Below are positions 29,380 through 39,593 of a stretch of 64,000 bases of DNA, one piece after another. Source of the DNA: a virus (taxonomy: Duplodnaviria > Caudoviricetes); IMG/VR virus record IMGVR_UViG_3300037453_000168, positions 1 through 64,000 of that record; one strand, 5' to 3'. Position numbers and translations under genes: made by a program. The notes below the pieces were generated by a model. It saw only the letters and a program-made list of their open reading frames with translations. It did no database searches and had not been told where the DNA came from. Each line of letters starts with the position of its first letter. Positions within the stretch are counted from its first letter, which is position 1.

Positions 29380-30508
29380 ATGAGCGAAACAGAAGACAGG
29401 TACAAGTGGCAAAACGAGATATACCCGAAGTGGGCTAACCAGAACTACGTCGGTCTTGTGAAAGCGTCGACAGGAGCAGGTTAACGGCAAGACCATAGCG
29501 ACATGTAAGACCTTGCAACAGTTCCAGCAAGACCATCCGTTCGATGATATACTCGTGGTAACACCATCGTCCAAACTCAACAGGATGTGGGAGGACGAAC
29601 TGAAAAGGTATATGATTACCAATTTCAAAGTGATGACCTATCAGACCGCAGTCAACCGTATGCAGAGGAACGGGCTGACCTGCCGTTGTCTTATCTGTGA
29701 CGAATGCCACCGTCTGGCCACACCTGTCCAAGGCCGTGTCCTCGAAATGCAACCGAGATACGTCCTCGGACTGTCGGCCACGCCAGAGGGTGCGCTGGAT
29801 ATCCTCGGAAAGCCGTTGGTCGATATAGACGTGAATCAGGCCAATCTGTGCGAGTTCACGGTACACTACACATCGTTCCCCATGTCCGCATCCGAGAGGG
29901 CGGAATATGATGATATAACACGTCGCATGAGGTCGAGGGCATCGCAGGTGACGGACGGCATGGCCACATCCCTACCTCCTGGCAGAGATTCATACGGCTG
30001 GGGCTCATACGATGCTCTCGCTCGCAAGAGAAGGGATATAGTCTATAAGCAGACCTCACGCATACCCTACACGGTCGCACTCGTCAAGAGGTACATCACA
30101 TCGCGCATCATAATCTATACGGAACGTAGGGAAACGATGCACCGCATAGTACAGGCTCTGATGGACGAGGGGATACAATCGGTGGATGATTCCAATATAC
30201 AAGCCTACGAGGACGAACGTGTCAATGTGATGGTCCTATGCGGAAGGCTCCGTGAGGGTTTCAACAGCGTAACGACCAACATAGTCATAATGGCATCCAT
30301 CAATACAGGGGTCATAAAGAACGTTCAGACAATCGGAAGGGCATTGAGGGTAGACCCGAACAATCCTGATAAGAGGGCGCATATATTCCTGCTCATAGCA
30401 CAGGGGACATCGGACGAATCGGTCATCAGGAATACGGGCGCATATTACAAAGGGCATTCGAAGGTATCGACTATACAGCAGGAACTCGGACAGAACGTGA
30501 TAGCATGA
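29380..30508 (+). CDS. SF2 (DExH) helicase, interrupted by a 7-nt insert in Walker A (recoded or pseudogene)
   Basis: N-terminal part ..KASTGAG-TAA; GKT resumes in the +1 frame at 29486; DECH, SATP, QTIGRALR motifs downstream. Confidence 0.85.
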
Positions 30509-30966
30509 GCGACGGTCAGGAAGTGAAAGAGGAAATCAGGAAGGAAGTGAGATTCAAACTCGACGACCACATCCGTACATCCCCTACATCGAAGATAGGT
30601 CGTTTCGTGGACGGTCAGGAGTTGGAGAAATGTGTGGTATCCCAATACGCACAGTACAACAACAATCTCCGCAAGGTCGCCAACGAACAGGACGATATAG
30701 AGAAGAACAGAGGAAGGTACGGCTCTGGCTATCATCCAGCCGAGATAGAGCTTAACCGTCCGTTCGAGCAGATTTACTTCGAATTGATGGGTCACGGATA
30801 CAACGGCTCCCCGTTCCCCAACCGTATAGGGGAGCTGTATGTCTGCCGTTGCGGATTGAAGTACGAGACATCGCACAAGCTCGCACCAGAACGCTGTCCG
30901 ATATGCGGAACATTGACTCCGAGAGGGGAATTGAACCAATATTTCCCTAATTGGTATAAAAAATAA
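30505..30966 (+). CDS. Zn-ribbon protein
   Basis: CRCG..CPICG. Confidence 0.7.
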   Translation: MSDGQEVKEEIRKEVRFKLDDHIRTSPTSKIGRFVDGQELEKCVVSQYAQYNNNLRKVANEQDDIEKNRGRYGSGYHPAEIELNRPFEQIYFELMGHGYNGSPFPNRIGELYVCRCGLKYETSHKLAPERCPICGTLTPRGELNQYFPNWYKK

Positions 30967-30970
30967 AGTA

Positions 30971-31000
30971 TTATTCAATATACCGTAGTATATTGAATAA
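30971..31000. promoter_or_regulatory. Perfect 12-bp inverted repeat, operator-like
   Basis: ttattcaatata-ccgtag-tatattgaataa upstream of a TATA box. Confidence 0.6.
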
Positions 31001-31047
31001 TATTTTATTTAATTATCAATTATATACTTGCTTTGTAATTTACACAC

Positions 31048-32643
31048 ATGGTTATCAAGAAGGAGGGTAAACGTCAGTTCCAAGATTATACCGTCGATGA
31101 ACGGCAGATAATCTGGGACACTCTGGTCGATGCTCTTGACGAAGGCGGTCACGATATCTATTCCAAAGATATTATGCCGAATCTTATCGAATCCGAGAAG
31201 GAATACATGGAGCGTGAGCAGTTCTATGGAATAAAGTTCGACCGCAACAATTTCAAGGACTTGTATGTAATCTCGATTCTGGATGGTAATTCGATTGACC
31301 CTACCGAATCCGTTGATTTCGACAAGATTCTTAGCGATGCGAAGAACAACGGGAAACAGCAGGGGGTTCTCGACGATACGCCTATGGACAAGTCGAGGAC
31401 GAAGAAGGGCGGTATGTCAATAGATGACCCCGATTTCGATGAGGTCGAGGAAAGGCTGTTCGATTTGGAGCAGGCCCTTTATAACAAGCCCACATCGTCC
31501 GTCGATTGGGATTCTCTTATCGAATATGATGAATTATACAACAGGTTTCATGGTTCGCATTATGTCTCCGACTATCAACTGCTGACAGACAGCAATGCAA
31601 GGAACGTCGTGGACAACTATCTGGACTTCGTAGCTTGGAACAATCACGGCAACGAATCGCATTGGATGGAGTACCCCGAGTTCCTGTTCCAGCCCTACAC
31701 CGAGCCACAGGATATACTTCGCCATATGGAGGAACAGGGCGATATGGATTATTACGAATCCAATGATAATGTAAGGAGAGTTGTAGATATGCTACGTTCT
31801 GTGAATAAATCGAAGAAATCCAAGACTAAGAAGGCTCAGATTCTCACAGGCATGTTCGGGGATGACGATAGATTCTACAAGAGGATTCTGGAACTCGCAG
31901 AGCAGTACGCACCGCATTGCACGAAGATTTATGCTGATATGGCAACGGATATCGTATGGGACTTGCCGTCTGGAAACCACCCAGGATTGTTCCTGTCCTA
32001 TCATGAGCATGAGGGTGAATCGTTCTTCACAGGCTCTGTCACGGCTTGGAGACACCTTGAGTTCCCTGAGAACACAGCCGACGGGGAAATGCCCGAGCAG
32101 ATGGGCATTCTCGCAAGGACGATGATAGACCAGTCCAATAGCGGAGGAATCTCCGAGAGCAATCTCATAGCCTACATGCAGGAGATGGATATCATGTGTG
32201 CGGAATTACAGAACATGACGAAATCCAAGACCAAGAAGGACGAGAAGAAGATTCCTGTCTCCGATGATGATACCGTGGAGATTGAGGAAATGGACGGGAA
32301 GAGGTACGTCGAAATCGAACCCAAAGAGGAACACGCAGAGGAAGTCCAGACAGGTTACGAGAAGGAATCTGATGACCTCAATACCGAGGACAACATCACG
32401 CATCCAGATACATCCAAACCGAAGAAGTCCAAGACCAAAGAAGTCGTGAAGATGAACCAGTCGCAGTCGATGGAGGTCTGCATGGACTATCAGTTAAGGA
32501 ACAACCGCATAGGGCTCACCAAGTCCGAGATTATCCAGATGACTGGAAACGACCCCGAGCAGATATTCAGGCCGTTCATATCGTCAGGCAGGATAGCGAA
32601 GGTGAAGTGCTCTGACGGATACATATACAGATTCAGGATGTGA
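31048..32643 (+). CDS. Acidic protein segmented by KSKTKK motifs (putative internal head protein)
   Basis: KSRTKK, KSKKSKTKK, KSKTKK, KKSKTK motifs separate acidic domains. Confidence 0.7.
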   Translation: MVIKKEGKRQFQDYTVDERQIIWDTLVDALDEGGHDIYSKDIMPNLIESEKEYMEREQFYGIKFDRNNFKDLYVISILDGNSIDPTESVDFDKILSDAKNNGKQQGVLDDTPMDKSRTKKGGMSIDDPDFDEVEERLFDLEQALYNKPTSSVDWDSLIEYDELYNRFHGSHYVSDYQLLTDSNARNVVDNYLDFVAWNNHGNESHWMEYPEFLFQPYTEPQDILRHMEEQGDMDYYESNDNVRRVVDMLRSVNKSKKSKTKKAQILTGMFGDDDRFYKRILELAEQYAPHCTKIYADMATDIVWDLPSGNHPGLFLSYHEHEGESFFTGSVTAWRHLEFPENTADGEMPEQMGILARTMIDQSNSGGISESNLIAYMQEMDIMCAELQNMTKSKTKKDEKKIPVSDDDTVEIEEMDGKRYVEIEPKEEHAEEVQTGYEKESDDLNTEDNITHPDTSKPKKSKTKEVVKMNQSQSMEVCMDYQLRNNRIGLTKSEIIQMTGNDPEQIFRPFISSGRIAKVKCSDGYIYRFRM

Positions 32644-32647
32644 TTAT

Positions 32648-33628
32648 ATGGCCGAGGAAACCGAGAAGATTGAGAAGTCGGATTATTTCACGAATCCCAA
32701 GAAGGATACGGGCAAACGCCGTGGAAGACCCCCAGGAAGTAAGAACAAGAAGACAATCGAGGCGGAGCAGAAATCGAAGTCCGAGGATACGAAGAAGTCC
32801 AAGGTCGTCAAGGATTACGATATCGCCGATTGGGGCGGATTGGGATTCATGAGGTCTGAACTCCCCACAAGGTGCGAAAATATAAGGGACTTGACCGACA
32901 TATTCTCCAAGGACCGCATATCTGACAGCGAATACCTCCAAGCCCTCGGAATACTGACGACTCTGCGCGATTGGGCGGAGAAGTCGGTGAACTGGATGAG
33001 AACCTGCGAGAGCATCGGCAAGTCCGAGAAACCCGTTGTCCTCAAGGGATACAGAGGACATTGGACACCTATCGCCAAATCGGGATATTACACGATGTGG
33101 GAGTCCGTCGAGATGGGCGACAAGGCATACAATGTAATCACGAAGACGATGAAGAACCGCAAGACGGGAAAACTCGTCGAGAAGATGGCATTCGAGGATG
33201 TGGACGGATTCAACGATGCGAAAGTGCAGAGCATTTTCAAATCGAAGTCCGAGGTCGCAGGAGAGGAGGTCGCATCCCGTAAGCGTGCTATGGAGCAGAA
33301 AGAGGGATACAAAAGGATAAGCGGACCTGTAATCCCCAAGAGGATATTCGATGAACTTGTGGATATGCACAAACAGAAGTATTTATCGCAGGGTCTCTCT
33401 GAGGAGGAGGCTGTTGCCAAAGCAACCGTCGAACCGACGGCGCAGGGTACATACCGTATATTGAATTCGGCGGAGTCGATTGCTGACTTGGAGATAAAAA
33501 TCAGACAGGATTTAATCGAAGAGGGATTCTACTCTGATTCCCAGATAGATGAAATCGTAGACTACATAACAGACCATACATCAGTCGATTCTGATGGGAA
33601 TTACATTTTCGAGGCGGAGGAATATTAA
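32648..33628 (+). CDS. Hypothetical Lys/Glu-rich protein
   Basis: KRRGRPPGSKN AT-hook-like motif; 326 aa. Confidence 0.7.
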   Translation: MAEETEKIEKSDYFTNPKKDTGKRRGRPPGSKNKKTIEAEQKSKSEDTKKSKVVKDYDIADWGGLGFMRSELPTRCENIRDLTDIFSKDRISDSEYLQALGILTTLRDWAEKSVNWMRTCESIGKSEKPVVLKGYRGHWTPIAKSGYYTMWESVEMGDKAYNVITKTMKNRKTGKLVEKMAFEDVDGFNDAKVQSIFKSKSEVAGEEVASRKRAMEQKEGYKRISGPVIPKRIFDELVDMHKQKYLSQGLSEEEAVAKATVEPTAQGTYRILNSAESIADLEIKIRQDLIEEGFYSDSQIDEIVDYITDHTSVDSDGNYIFEAEEY

Positions 33629-34767
33629 TGGCAAAGATTAGCTTGAAGAAAAGCGATGCAAAGGCAATAGGAACTAAGAAATCGAACGACGAGGTTGAAG
33701 AATATCCTCCCTATGTTCGTAATTATGAAACACTCAAAGAAGGGCTATTTAGGTATCTGAACAGGTATGACAGTTCAGAGTATCTTGCTCTTATCTTCTC
33801 AGCATTGGCGGTCGATTCTTTTGAATACAAATCGCTGTGGGATGAATTCGAGAGAACATACAAGTCCAAGGTCAAGAAGGGAGAACCTTGGAATCTGGCA
33901 TTCAATTTCTCAGCAAGGGGTACGCTTGGAATAGATGAACCACAGCGTTTCTTTGTATATGCTATTGAACCGATAGATTCGGAGTTTGCCAGACAGGAAC
34001 TTCTTGGAGAGTTCGAGATGACTCCGAGGGAATTCATGAAGGAATTTGTCATAGATGATTTGATGCGTCAGGCAGAGAGATTCTCCAAATCTACCGACTC
34101 CATGACAACCAAGGACATGATTAAGACCCTCAAATCCAAGGGTTATATCGTGTTCAAGGCGGAGGACGAGGTTTCCGATGAAACGACCGAGGAAGACATG
34201 GAGGAATCCTCAGAGGTCGAGGAAGTCGGAGAGACCACCGAGGACACCGAGGACGATTCCGATGTAGAGGTCGAAATCGACGTTGATAAGAAATCGAGGA
34301 AGTCCAAGAGGAAATCTGGTGCGGATATCCTGAAATCCAAGGGCTGGGTCAGGAAGACCGATGACAAGGGTCCCGATTCCGAGGACGTAGAGGACGGTGC
34401 AATCGACGAGAAGGCCGTTACCGTACCCGATACGAAAGAACCATCGGACAATGTAGAGGACGCGGACACAGGCGTTCCCGAGGACGATGAACTTCACGAG
34501 GACTCTAAGTCATCGCAGAAGGTCGGAGATAAGGAGGGCAACGATATCGACGAACTCAAAGAGGGTCCGCAGAATTCCGAGGACATAGCGAACATGGATA
34601 TAGGCGACCTTATCGAGTCCAAGAAGATGAAGAAGGAGGAACAGAAACCGCCAGCATCGTTCCAGCCTTTCTCGAACAATTACCGCACCACGCAGATGGG
34701 CGAGGGGAAGATGAGCATATCCAATGCAATCACACCCAAAGGGTCTGTCGGAAAAGGGAGGAAATGA
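33628..34767 (+). CDS. Acidic protein with KS motifs (putative internal head protein)
   Basis: KSKVKK, LKSKG twice, long acidic tracts. Confidence 0.7.
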   Translation: MAKISLKKSDAKAIGTKKSNDEVEEYPPYVRNYETLKEGLFRYLNRYDSSEYLALIFSALAVDSFEYKSLWDEFERTYKSKVKKGEPWNLAFNFSARGTLGIDEPQRFFVYAIEPIDSEFARQELLGEFEMTPREFMKEFVIDDLMRQAERFSKSTDSMTTKDMIKTLKSKGYIVFKAEDEVSDETTEEDMEESSEVEEVGETTEDTEDDSDVEVEIDVDKKSRKSKRKSGADILKSKGWVRKTDDKGPDSEDVEDGAIDEKAVTVPDTKEPSDNVEDADTGVPEDDELHEDSKSSQKVGDKEGNDIDELKEGPQNSEDIANMDIGDLIESKKMKKEEQKPPASFQPFSNNYRTTQMGEGKMSISNAITPKGSVGKGRK

Positions 34768-34768
34768 G

Positions 34769-35131
34769 ATGACGGACTCATTCGTTATAAAGAAACTGAA
34801 AGAGAACGGTATGGATGAATCGGGTCAGAAACTCGTGAAATTCGAGAAATCCAAGGTCAAGAAGGGAGATAACCCCATGTCGACCATCGGATATCTCAAA
34901 GACGCATTATCCCGTCTCGAACAGAAGGTAGCGGAATTCGATGAGAAGGAATCCTCCAACTCTCCCCGTATCGGCATCGCTCATGACATCATCAATCTAT
35001 GCAATGAAATCAAGGAGAACGCCGAGATTGTCGGCAACTATGCATCCGCCAATATGATGCGCGATATGAATAAGTCCAAAGTCGATAAGGCTCCTATCGG
35101 AACCGATAATAAAGGAATCAGAAGAATATGA
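34769..35131 (+). CDS. Putative internal head protein
   Basis: N-terminal FVIKKLKENG..KSKVKK leader. Confidence 0.7.
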   Translation: MTDSFVIKKLKENGMDESGQKLVKFEKSKVKKGDNPMSTIGYLKDALSRLEQKVAEFDEKESSNSPRIGIAHDIINLCNEIKENAEIVGNYASANMMRDMNKSKVDKAPIGTDNKGIRRI

Positions 35132-35135
35132 TTTC

Positions 35136-35155
35136 GGAGGGATTCATATCCCTCC
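35136..35155 (+). terminator. GC hairpin
   Basis: ggagggat-tcat-atccctcc. Confidence 0.65.
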
Positions 35156-35177
35156 AAACTCTTTATTAGTTTATTAA

Positions 35178-35250
35178 AGAATATATTTTATATACTTATA
35201 TGTGTTATTCAATTCTGTAAACCGATGGGTTTACAGGTGTGAATGGAATG
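35178..35250 (+). promoter_or_regulatory. Promoter plus 5'-leader hairpin cassette, copy 1
   Basis: TTTATATA, then ctgtaaacc-gatg-ggtttacag, SD, ATG35248. Confidence 0.8.
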
Positions 35251-35418
35251 AGCGAAGTACACGGATACATACTTGGAGAGAAGATTATCGCAGGTTCTTG
35301 GATAGAACTCTACGATATCGCACAGGAGAAATCAGATATCCTCGGCATGACCCTTACCGTCAAGAACGACAGGGAAGAGGAAATCCACAGATGCCACCCT
35401 CACAAGGGGGTGGCCTGA
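35248..35418 (+). CDS. Hypothetical protein (not in the ORF track)
   Basis: Follows the leader cassette; ends KGVA-TGA-ATG. Confidence 0.65.
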   Translation: MSEVHGYILGEKIIAGSWIELYDIAQEKSDILGMTLTVKNDREEEIHRCHPHKGVA

Positions 35419-35589
35419 ATGGTCTACGTAGGATTACAGAACTCGCACACGCTCGACGAATGCTATCTCAACATAGATTCCGAAATCAAGAGGACGTTGC
35501 GCTCGATTTAGCTCGACAACGGATGGAAGGAGATATACAGCATTTCATCCGAGCCGATTGTGACCAATCACTCCAAAGAGGTGGCTTGA
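35419..35589 (+). CDS. Hypothetical protein with in-frame TAG (35509)
   Basis: MVYVG..TLRSI*LDNGWKE..KEVA-TGA-ATG; same junction as the previous gene. Confidence 0.65.
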
Positions 35590-35835
35590 ATGGACTTCTG
35601 GCAAGCGATAAAGGAGATGGACAAGGGCAAGGTCGTTCAGATGTGCGTCAACCCCGAACGCTACTATCGTCTTGCATCCGATGGATGCACCATCGTCAAT
35701 AAGCCCATACATGAGGATTGGGCGTACAAGGGCGAGGAATACGGAGGGGAATGGCGCAATGCCATCTTCACATCCACTCACATCAGGGGGAGTTGGATGG
35801 TCGTGGGAGAATGGAGGGATGGTCGCATATACTAA
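35590..35835 (+). CDS. Hypothetical protein
   Basis: MDFWQAIKEMDKGKVV phage-type N-terminus. Confidence 0.7.
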   Translation: MDFWQAIKEMDKGKVVQMCVNPERYYRLASDGCTIVNKPIHEDWAYKGEEYGGEWRNAIFTSTHIRGSWMVVGEWRDGRIY

Positions 35836-35915
35836 ATTCTGGGTATCTTTGAGGTATATTCCGACATATAATTTATATACCTCAATATCCTCGAATTAAA
35901 ATAGGGGGAAACGAA

Positions 35916-36113
35916 ATGAGTACGACTGTTGGCTCATTCATAAGGAACGGCAAAGGTATCAATAACTTCGAGATAGCGGATTCAAAGGGTAACGTGCTCT
36001 GCGATTCCAACGACTATAACAACGTCATATCCTATTTCGACAGGCTCGTCAAGACCTCTGTGGTAGAGGACAGGGGTAACTATGGTTTCGTGGCCACTCT
36101 GGTGGTATCATGA
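35916..36113 (+). CDS. Hypothetical protein
   Basis: Own TATA (tttatata) and SD gggg. Confidence 0.6.
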   Translation: MSTTVGSFIRNGKGINNFEIADSKGNVLCDSNDYNNVISYFDRLVKTSVVEDRGNYGFVATLVVS

Positions 36114-36319
36114 GCGAGTTCGAGATTGGAAGGACATACAAGCCGAGATATGGCGGAAAGGATGATATCATCACAATCGTCGATAAGGACGATACTTATA
36201 TCTATTTCACCAAGGAATGGGTGCAGAACAAGGTGTTCCGTGAGAAATACATCAAACATCCGAATTCCGAAACGGCTCTTACCAATGTCTGGACTTCATC
36301 CAATGATTCGATAGACTGA
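36110..36319 (+). CDS. Hypothetical protein
   Basis: Coupled ORF. Confidence 0.6.
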   Translation: MSEFEIGRTYKPRYGGKDDIITIVDKDDTYIYFTKEWVQNKVFREKYIKHPNSETALTNVWTSSNDSID

Positions 36320-36370
36320 AAACATCTTAAATAATATATATCCTCATTTTAATGCAACGACCGTGATATT

Positions 36371-36982
36371 TTGGTCGTTGTCGATAATGTCAGGTTGGAG
36401 AAGATTCCCATCGAGAAACTGATTCCCCATCCGAAGAATCCCCGTGTGGCTCTTACCAAAGGGAACCCCATCTATGAGAAACTATACACATCCATCCAGC
36501 ATCACACATACATAGACCCGATTGTATGGAACGAGCGTACAGGATACATCGTGGCTGGTCATCAGAGATTCCAAGTCCTGAAAGATATGGCGGACGAGGA
36601 CGGAACGGTTCTGAAAGAGATTCCTGTCGTTGTCGTGAATCTATCGGACAAGGACGAATTGACTTATCTCACAGCCGATAACAAGATTCAGGGTCTATGG
36701 GACCCCGATAAGCTGTCCGCCCTGTTCAGAGAGTTGGAGGACGATGATTACGCCTATACGGGGTTCGACGATTTCGAGATTGCATCCCTTATAGACGATG
36801 AGGAACCCGATGTAGGCGACGATGTGATTATCGACGATATAGAACCCAAGGGGTTCTCCGTAACGGTCGTGTGCGAATCGGATGACGATAAGGAATTCAT
36901 GAAAAAGCTTTTCAACGAGGCGGTCAAGCTGAAAAGAAGATACACGGTATCCGAACTCAGGCTTGCAATCCCGAAGGAGTGA
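36371..36982 (+). CDS. ParB/Srx-like protein
   Basis: LIPHPKNPR..IDPIVWNE..IVAGHQR..ADNK..WD. Confidence 0.85.
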   Translation: MVVVDNVRLEKIPIEKLIPHPKNPRVALTKGNPIYEKLYTSIQHHTYIDPIVWNERTGYIVAGHQRFQVLKDMADEDGTVLKEIPVVVVNLSDKDELTYLTADNKIQGLWDPDKLSALFRELEDDDYAYTGFDDFEIASLIDDEEPDVGDDVIIDDIEPKGFSVTVVCESDDDKEFMKKLFNEAVKLKRRYTVSELRLAIPKE

Positions 36983-36986
36983 TAAT

Positions 36987-37799
36987 ATGGCTAACAATGA
37001 AGATATAAAAGTGAACATCCAGACCGTGATGAAGAAACTGTCCGATATACACCCTTATGAGAACAATCCCCGTAACAACAAGGTCGCAGTCGATAAGGTC
37101 ATCAGGTCCATCCAGCAGTTCGGATTCAAAGTACCCATCATCATAGACAATGACGGCACAATCGTGACAGGGCATACCCGTTATCTCGCATCCAAGAAAC
37201 TCGGATTGAAGGAAGTGCCCTGCATCCTCGCAGACGATTTGACCCCCGAACAGATTAAAGCCTATCGCCTTGTCGATAACAAGGTATCCGAATATGCAAC
37301 ATGGGACGTACAGATGTTACAGAAGGAATTGAAGGATTTGGAGGACTTCGACCTGTCGGAGTATGATTTCGATGAGACATTGCAATCCGTCATAGATACG
37401 TCCGAAGAAGCGATACAGGAAGTCCAGCCAGAGAACCCCTATACATTCAAGATTCAGTTGCCTGAATATGAGGTGCAGGGTTGGGACGTCAATGCATCGG
37501 ACCTTGTGAATACGGCACAGAGGGACAAACTTCTCAAAGAGATTAAGGGTGCGGACATACCCGACGATGTACGCATATTCCTCGAACTCGCATCGCAACG
37601 CCATCTTATCTTCGATTATACCAAGATTGCCGAGTTCTATGCACAGGCCGATGAAACGGTACAGGATTTGATGGAACGCTCAGGTCTTGTAATCATAGAT
37701 TACGATAAGGCAATCCAATACGGATACATGAACCTCGTCAAGGAAATCGAGGAATTGAGAGAGAACGATACCGAGGATGATGAGGACAATGAGGGATGA
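36987..37799 (+). CDS. ParB-like protein with C-terminal glycosyltransferase-associated helical domain
   Basis: PYENNPR..GFKVPIIID..GHTR..RLVDNK; C-terminal FLELASQRHLIFDYTKIAEFYA..LMERSGLVIIDYDKAI. Confidence 0.85.
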   Translation: MANNEDIKVNIQTVMKKLSDIHPYENNPRNNKVAVDKVIRSIQQFGFKVPIIIDNDGTIVTGHTRYLASKKLGLKEVPCILADDLTPEQIKAYRLVDNKVSEYATWDVQMLQKELKDLEDFDLSEYDFDETLQSVIDTSEEAIQEVQPENPYTFKIQLPEYEVQGWDVNASDLVNTAQRDKLLKEIKGADIPDDVRIFLELASQRHLIFDYTKIAEFYAQADETVQDLMERSGLVIIDYDKAIQYGYMNLVKEIEELRENDTEDDEDNEG

Positions 37800-38688
37800 C
37801 TTCGCTGTATTCATCCTCACACACGGCAGAGCCGACCATGTGGTTACATACAATACTCTGAAACGTATGAACTATACAGGTAAGATAATCATACTCATAG
37901 ATGACGAGGATTCCCAAGCCGACAGATACCGCCTCAATTTCTCCAATATGCCCAATACAGAGGTCGTACAGTTCGACAAGAAGGCTCGTGCGAGATTGAC
38001 GCAGACCGCCGACAACCTCGACGAGAGGAACTCGGTGATATATGCCCGTAACGAGTGTTTTGCCGTCGCACAGGAACGTGGGTTGTCGTATTTCCTTGAA
38101 TTGGATGACGATTACGGCGGAATATATTTCCGCTATCCCAAGGACGGCATACTCAAAGCCGATTTCGTACAAGATTTCGATTCCGTATGCGAGTCTATGA
38201 TTAGATTCTTGGATTCCTCCAAGGCTTGCACCGTATGTTTCGCACAGGGAGGGGATTTCATCGGAGGTCTTGAAAAATACAACAATTGGGGAAATAAATC
38301 CCGTAAAGCTATGAACTCCTTCTTCTGTTGTACCGCAAGACCGTTCAATTTCCTCGGTAGGATGAACGACGATGTGAACTCATACGTCACGCTCGGTTCG
38401 AGAGGCCACCTGTTCTGGACGATAAAGGAGATATCTGTCAATCCAGCGCAGACACAGGCCGTAGAAGGGGGATTGACAGACATGTATCTGAAATATGGTA
38501 CGTATGTCAAGTCTTATTATGCTGTCATATTCAACCCATCCTGTGTCAAGGTGGATTCGATGGGATGGACGAGAAGGAGGATACATCACAAAGTCTATTT
38601 TGATAATGCGGTCCCTAAGATTCTGTCGGAGAATATCAAGAAATCAGACAACATCGTCACTCCGATTTGCAAGGAGTATATGGTATGA
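37789..38688 (+). CDS. TAGT/GREB1-like putative DNA-base glycosyltransferase A
   Basis: FILTHGRA, ELDDDY, QGGDFIGG, RKAMNSF, GRMNDDV, GTYVKSYY motifs. Confidence 0.75.
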   Translation: MRDDFAVFILTHGRADHVVTYNTLKRMNYTGKIIILIDDEDSQADRYRLNFSNMPNTEVVQFDKKARARLTQTADNLDERNSVIYARNECFAVAQERGLSYFLELDDDYGGIYFRYPKDGILKADFVQDFDSVCESMIRFLDSSKACTVCFAQGGDFIGGLEKYNNWGNKSRKAMNSFFCCTARPFNFLGRMNDDVNSYVTLGSRGHLFWTIKEISVNPAQTQAVEGGLTDMYLKYGTYVKSYYAVIFNPSCVKVDSMGWTRRRIHHKVYFDNAVPKILSENIKKSDNIVTPICKEYMV

Positions 38689-39593
38689 CATCAGACGATA
38701 TGTTCGCCATATTCATCCTCACATACAAACGTGCGGATAACCAGCTAACGCTCGAACATCTTAGGGAGGATTTGGGATACGAGGGCAAGATAATATTGCT
38801 GATAGGCGACGATGACCCCCAACAGGAGGAATACAGGGCCACAGCATCCAGATATCCGAACACGGATGTATTCGTATTCGATAAATCGAAATCGATTCAG
38901 CATTCGGACGTATGCGACAACATCCAGAGATTCAATACGGTCGTATTCGTCCGTTCCGAGGTATTCTATGTGGCAAGGGAACTCGGATACACATACTTCA
39001 TGATTCTGGAAGATGATTACAGCAGTTATCTGTACCGTTATCCTGAGGATGGGATGCTGAGAAGTCGGAAGGTGCATGATATGGACGGAGTGATTTCCGC
39101 TATGCGCAGATTCTATGAATCCACAGATGTGACCTCAATATCGTTCTCCATGGGAGGGGATTATATCGGGGGTCTTAGCAAGTATCTGAATTGGGGATAC
39201 AAGCAGAGGAAGGTATGCAATTCGTTCTTCCATTCCACAGACAGGCCGATGCGTTTCATAGCACGCATGAACGACGATATAGCCACTCAGGTCAATATGT
39301 CGCAGAGAGGGCATTGTTTCCTGTCTGTCCGTGAGATAGCCATACCTCAGCCTGAGACCATGACGCAGGAAGGAGGTCTTACAGATATGTACAACGCGAA
39401 CGGAGAGTATCAAAAAGCATTCTATACCCTCATAGCACAGCCATCATGTGTCAAGATAAGATATATGAGACATCTGAAACAGCCGATACATCATTCGGTA
39501 TCGTACAATAACTGCACACCATGTATCCTGTCCGATGATATCAAGAAATCCAAGACCAGGATTACACCTATTTGCAAGGAGTATATAGCATGA
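38685..39593 (+). CDS. TAGT/GREB1-like putative glycosyltransferase B (tandem paralogue)
   Basis: FILTYKRA, ILEDDY, MGGDYIGG, RKVCNSF, ARMNDDI; shared TPICKEY tail. Confidence 0.75.
   Translation: MTSDDMFAIFILTYKRADNQLTLEHLREDLGYEGKIILLIGDDDPQQEEYRATASRYPNTDVFVFDKSKSIQHSDVCDNIQRFNTVVFVRSEVFYVARELGYTYFMILEDDYSSYLYRYPEDGMLRSRKVHDMDGVISAMRRFYESTDVTSISFSMGGDYIGGLSKYLNWGYKQRKVCNSFFHSTDRPMRFIARMNDDIATQVNMSQRGHCFLSVREIAIPQPETMTQEGGLTDMYNANGEYQKAFYTLIAQPSCVKIRYMRHLKQPIHHSVSYNNCTPCILSDDIKKSKTRITPICKEYIA

Noticed and set aside
35202-35702. 166-aa ORF in the ORF track spanning the leader cassette
   Set aside because: It starts inside the promoter; three short coupled genes (one with an amber) explain the region better.
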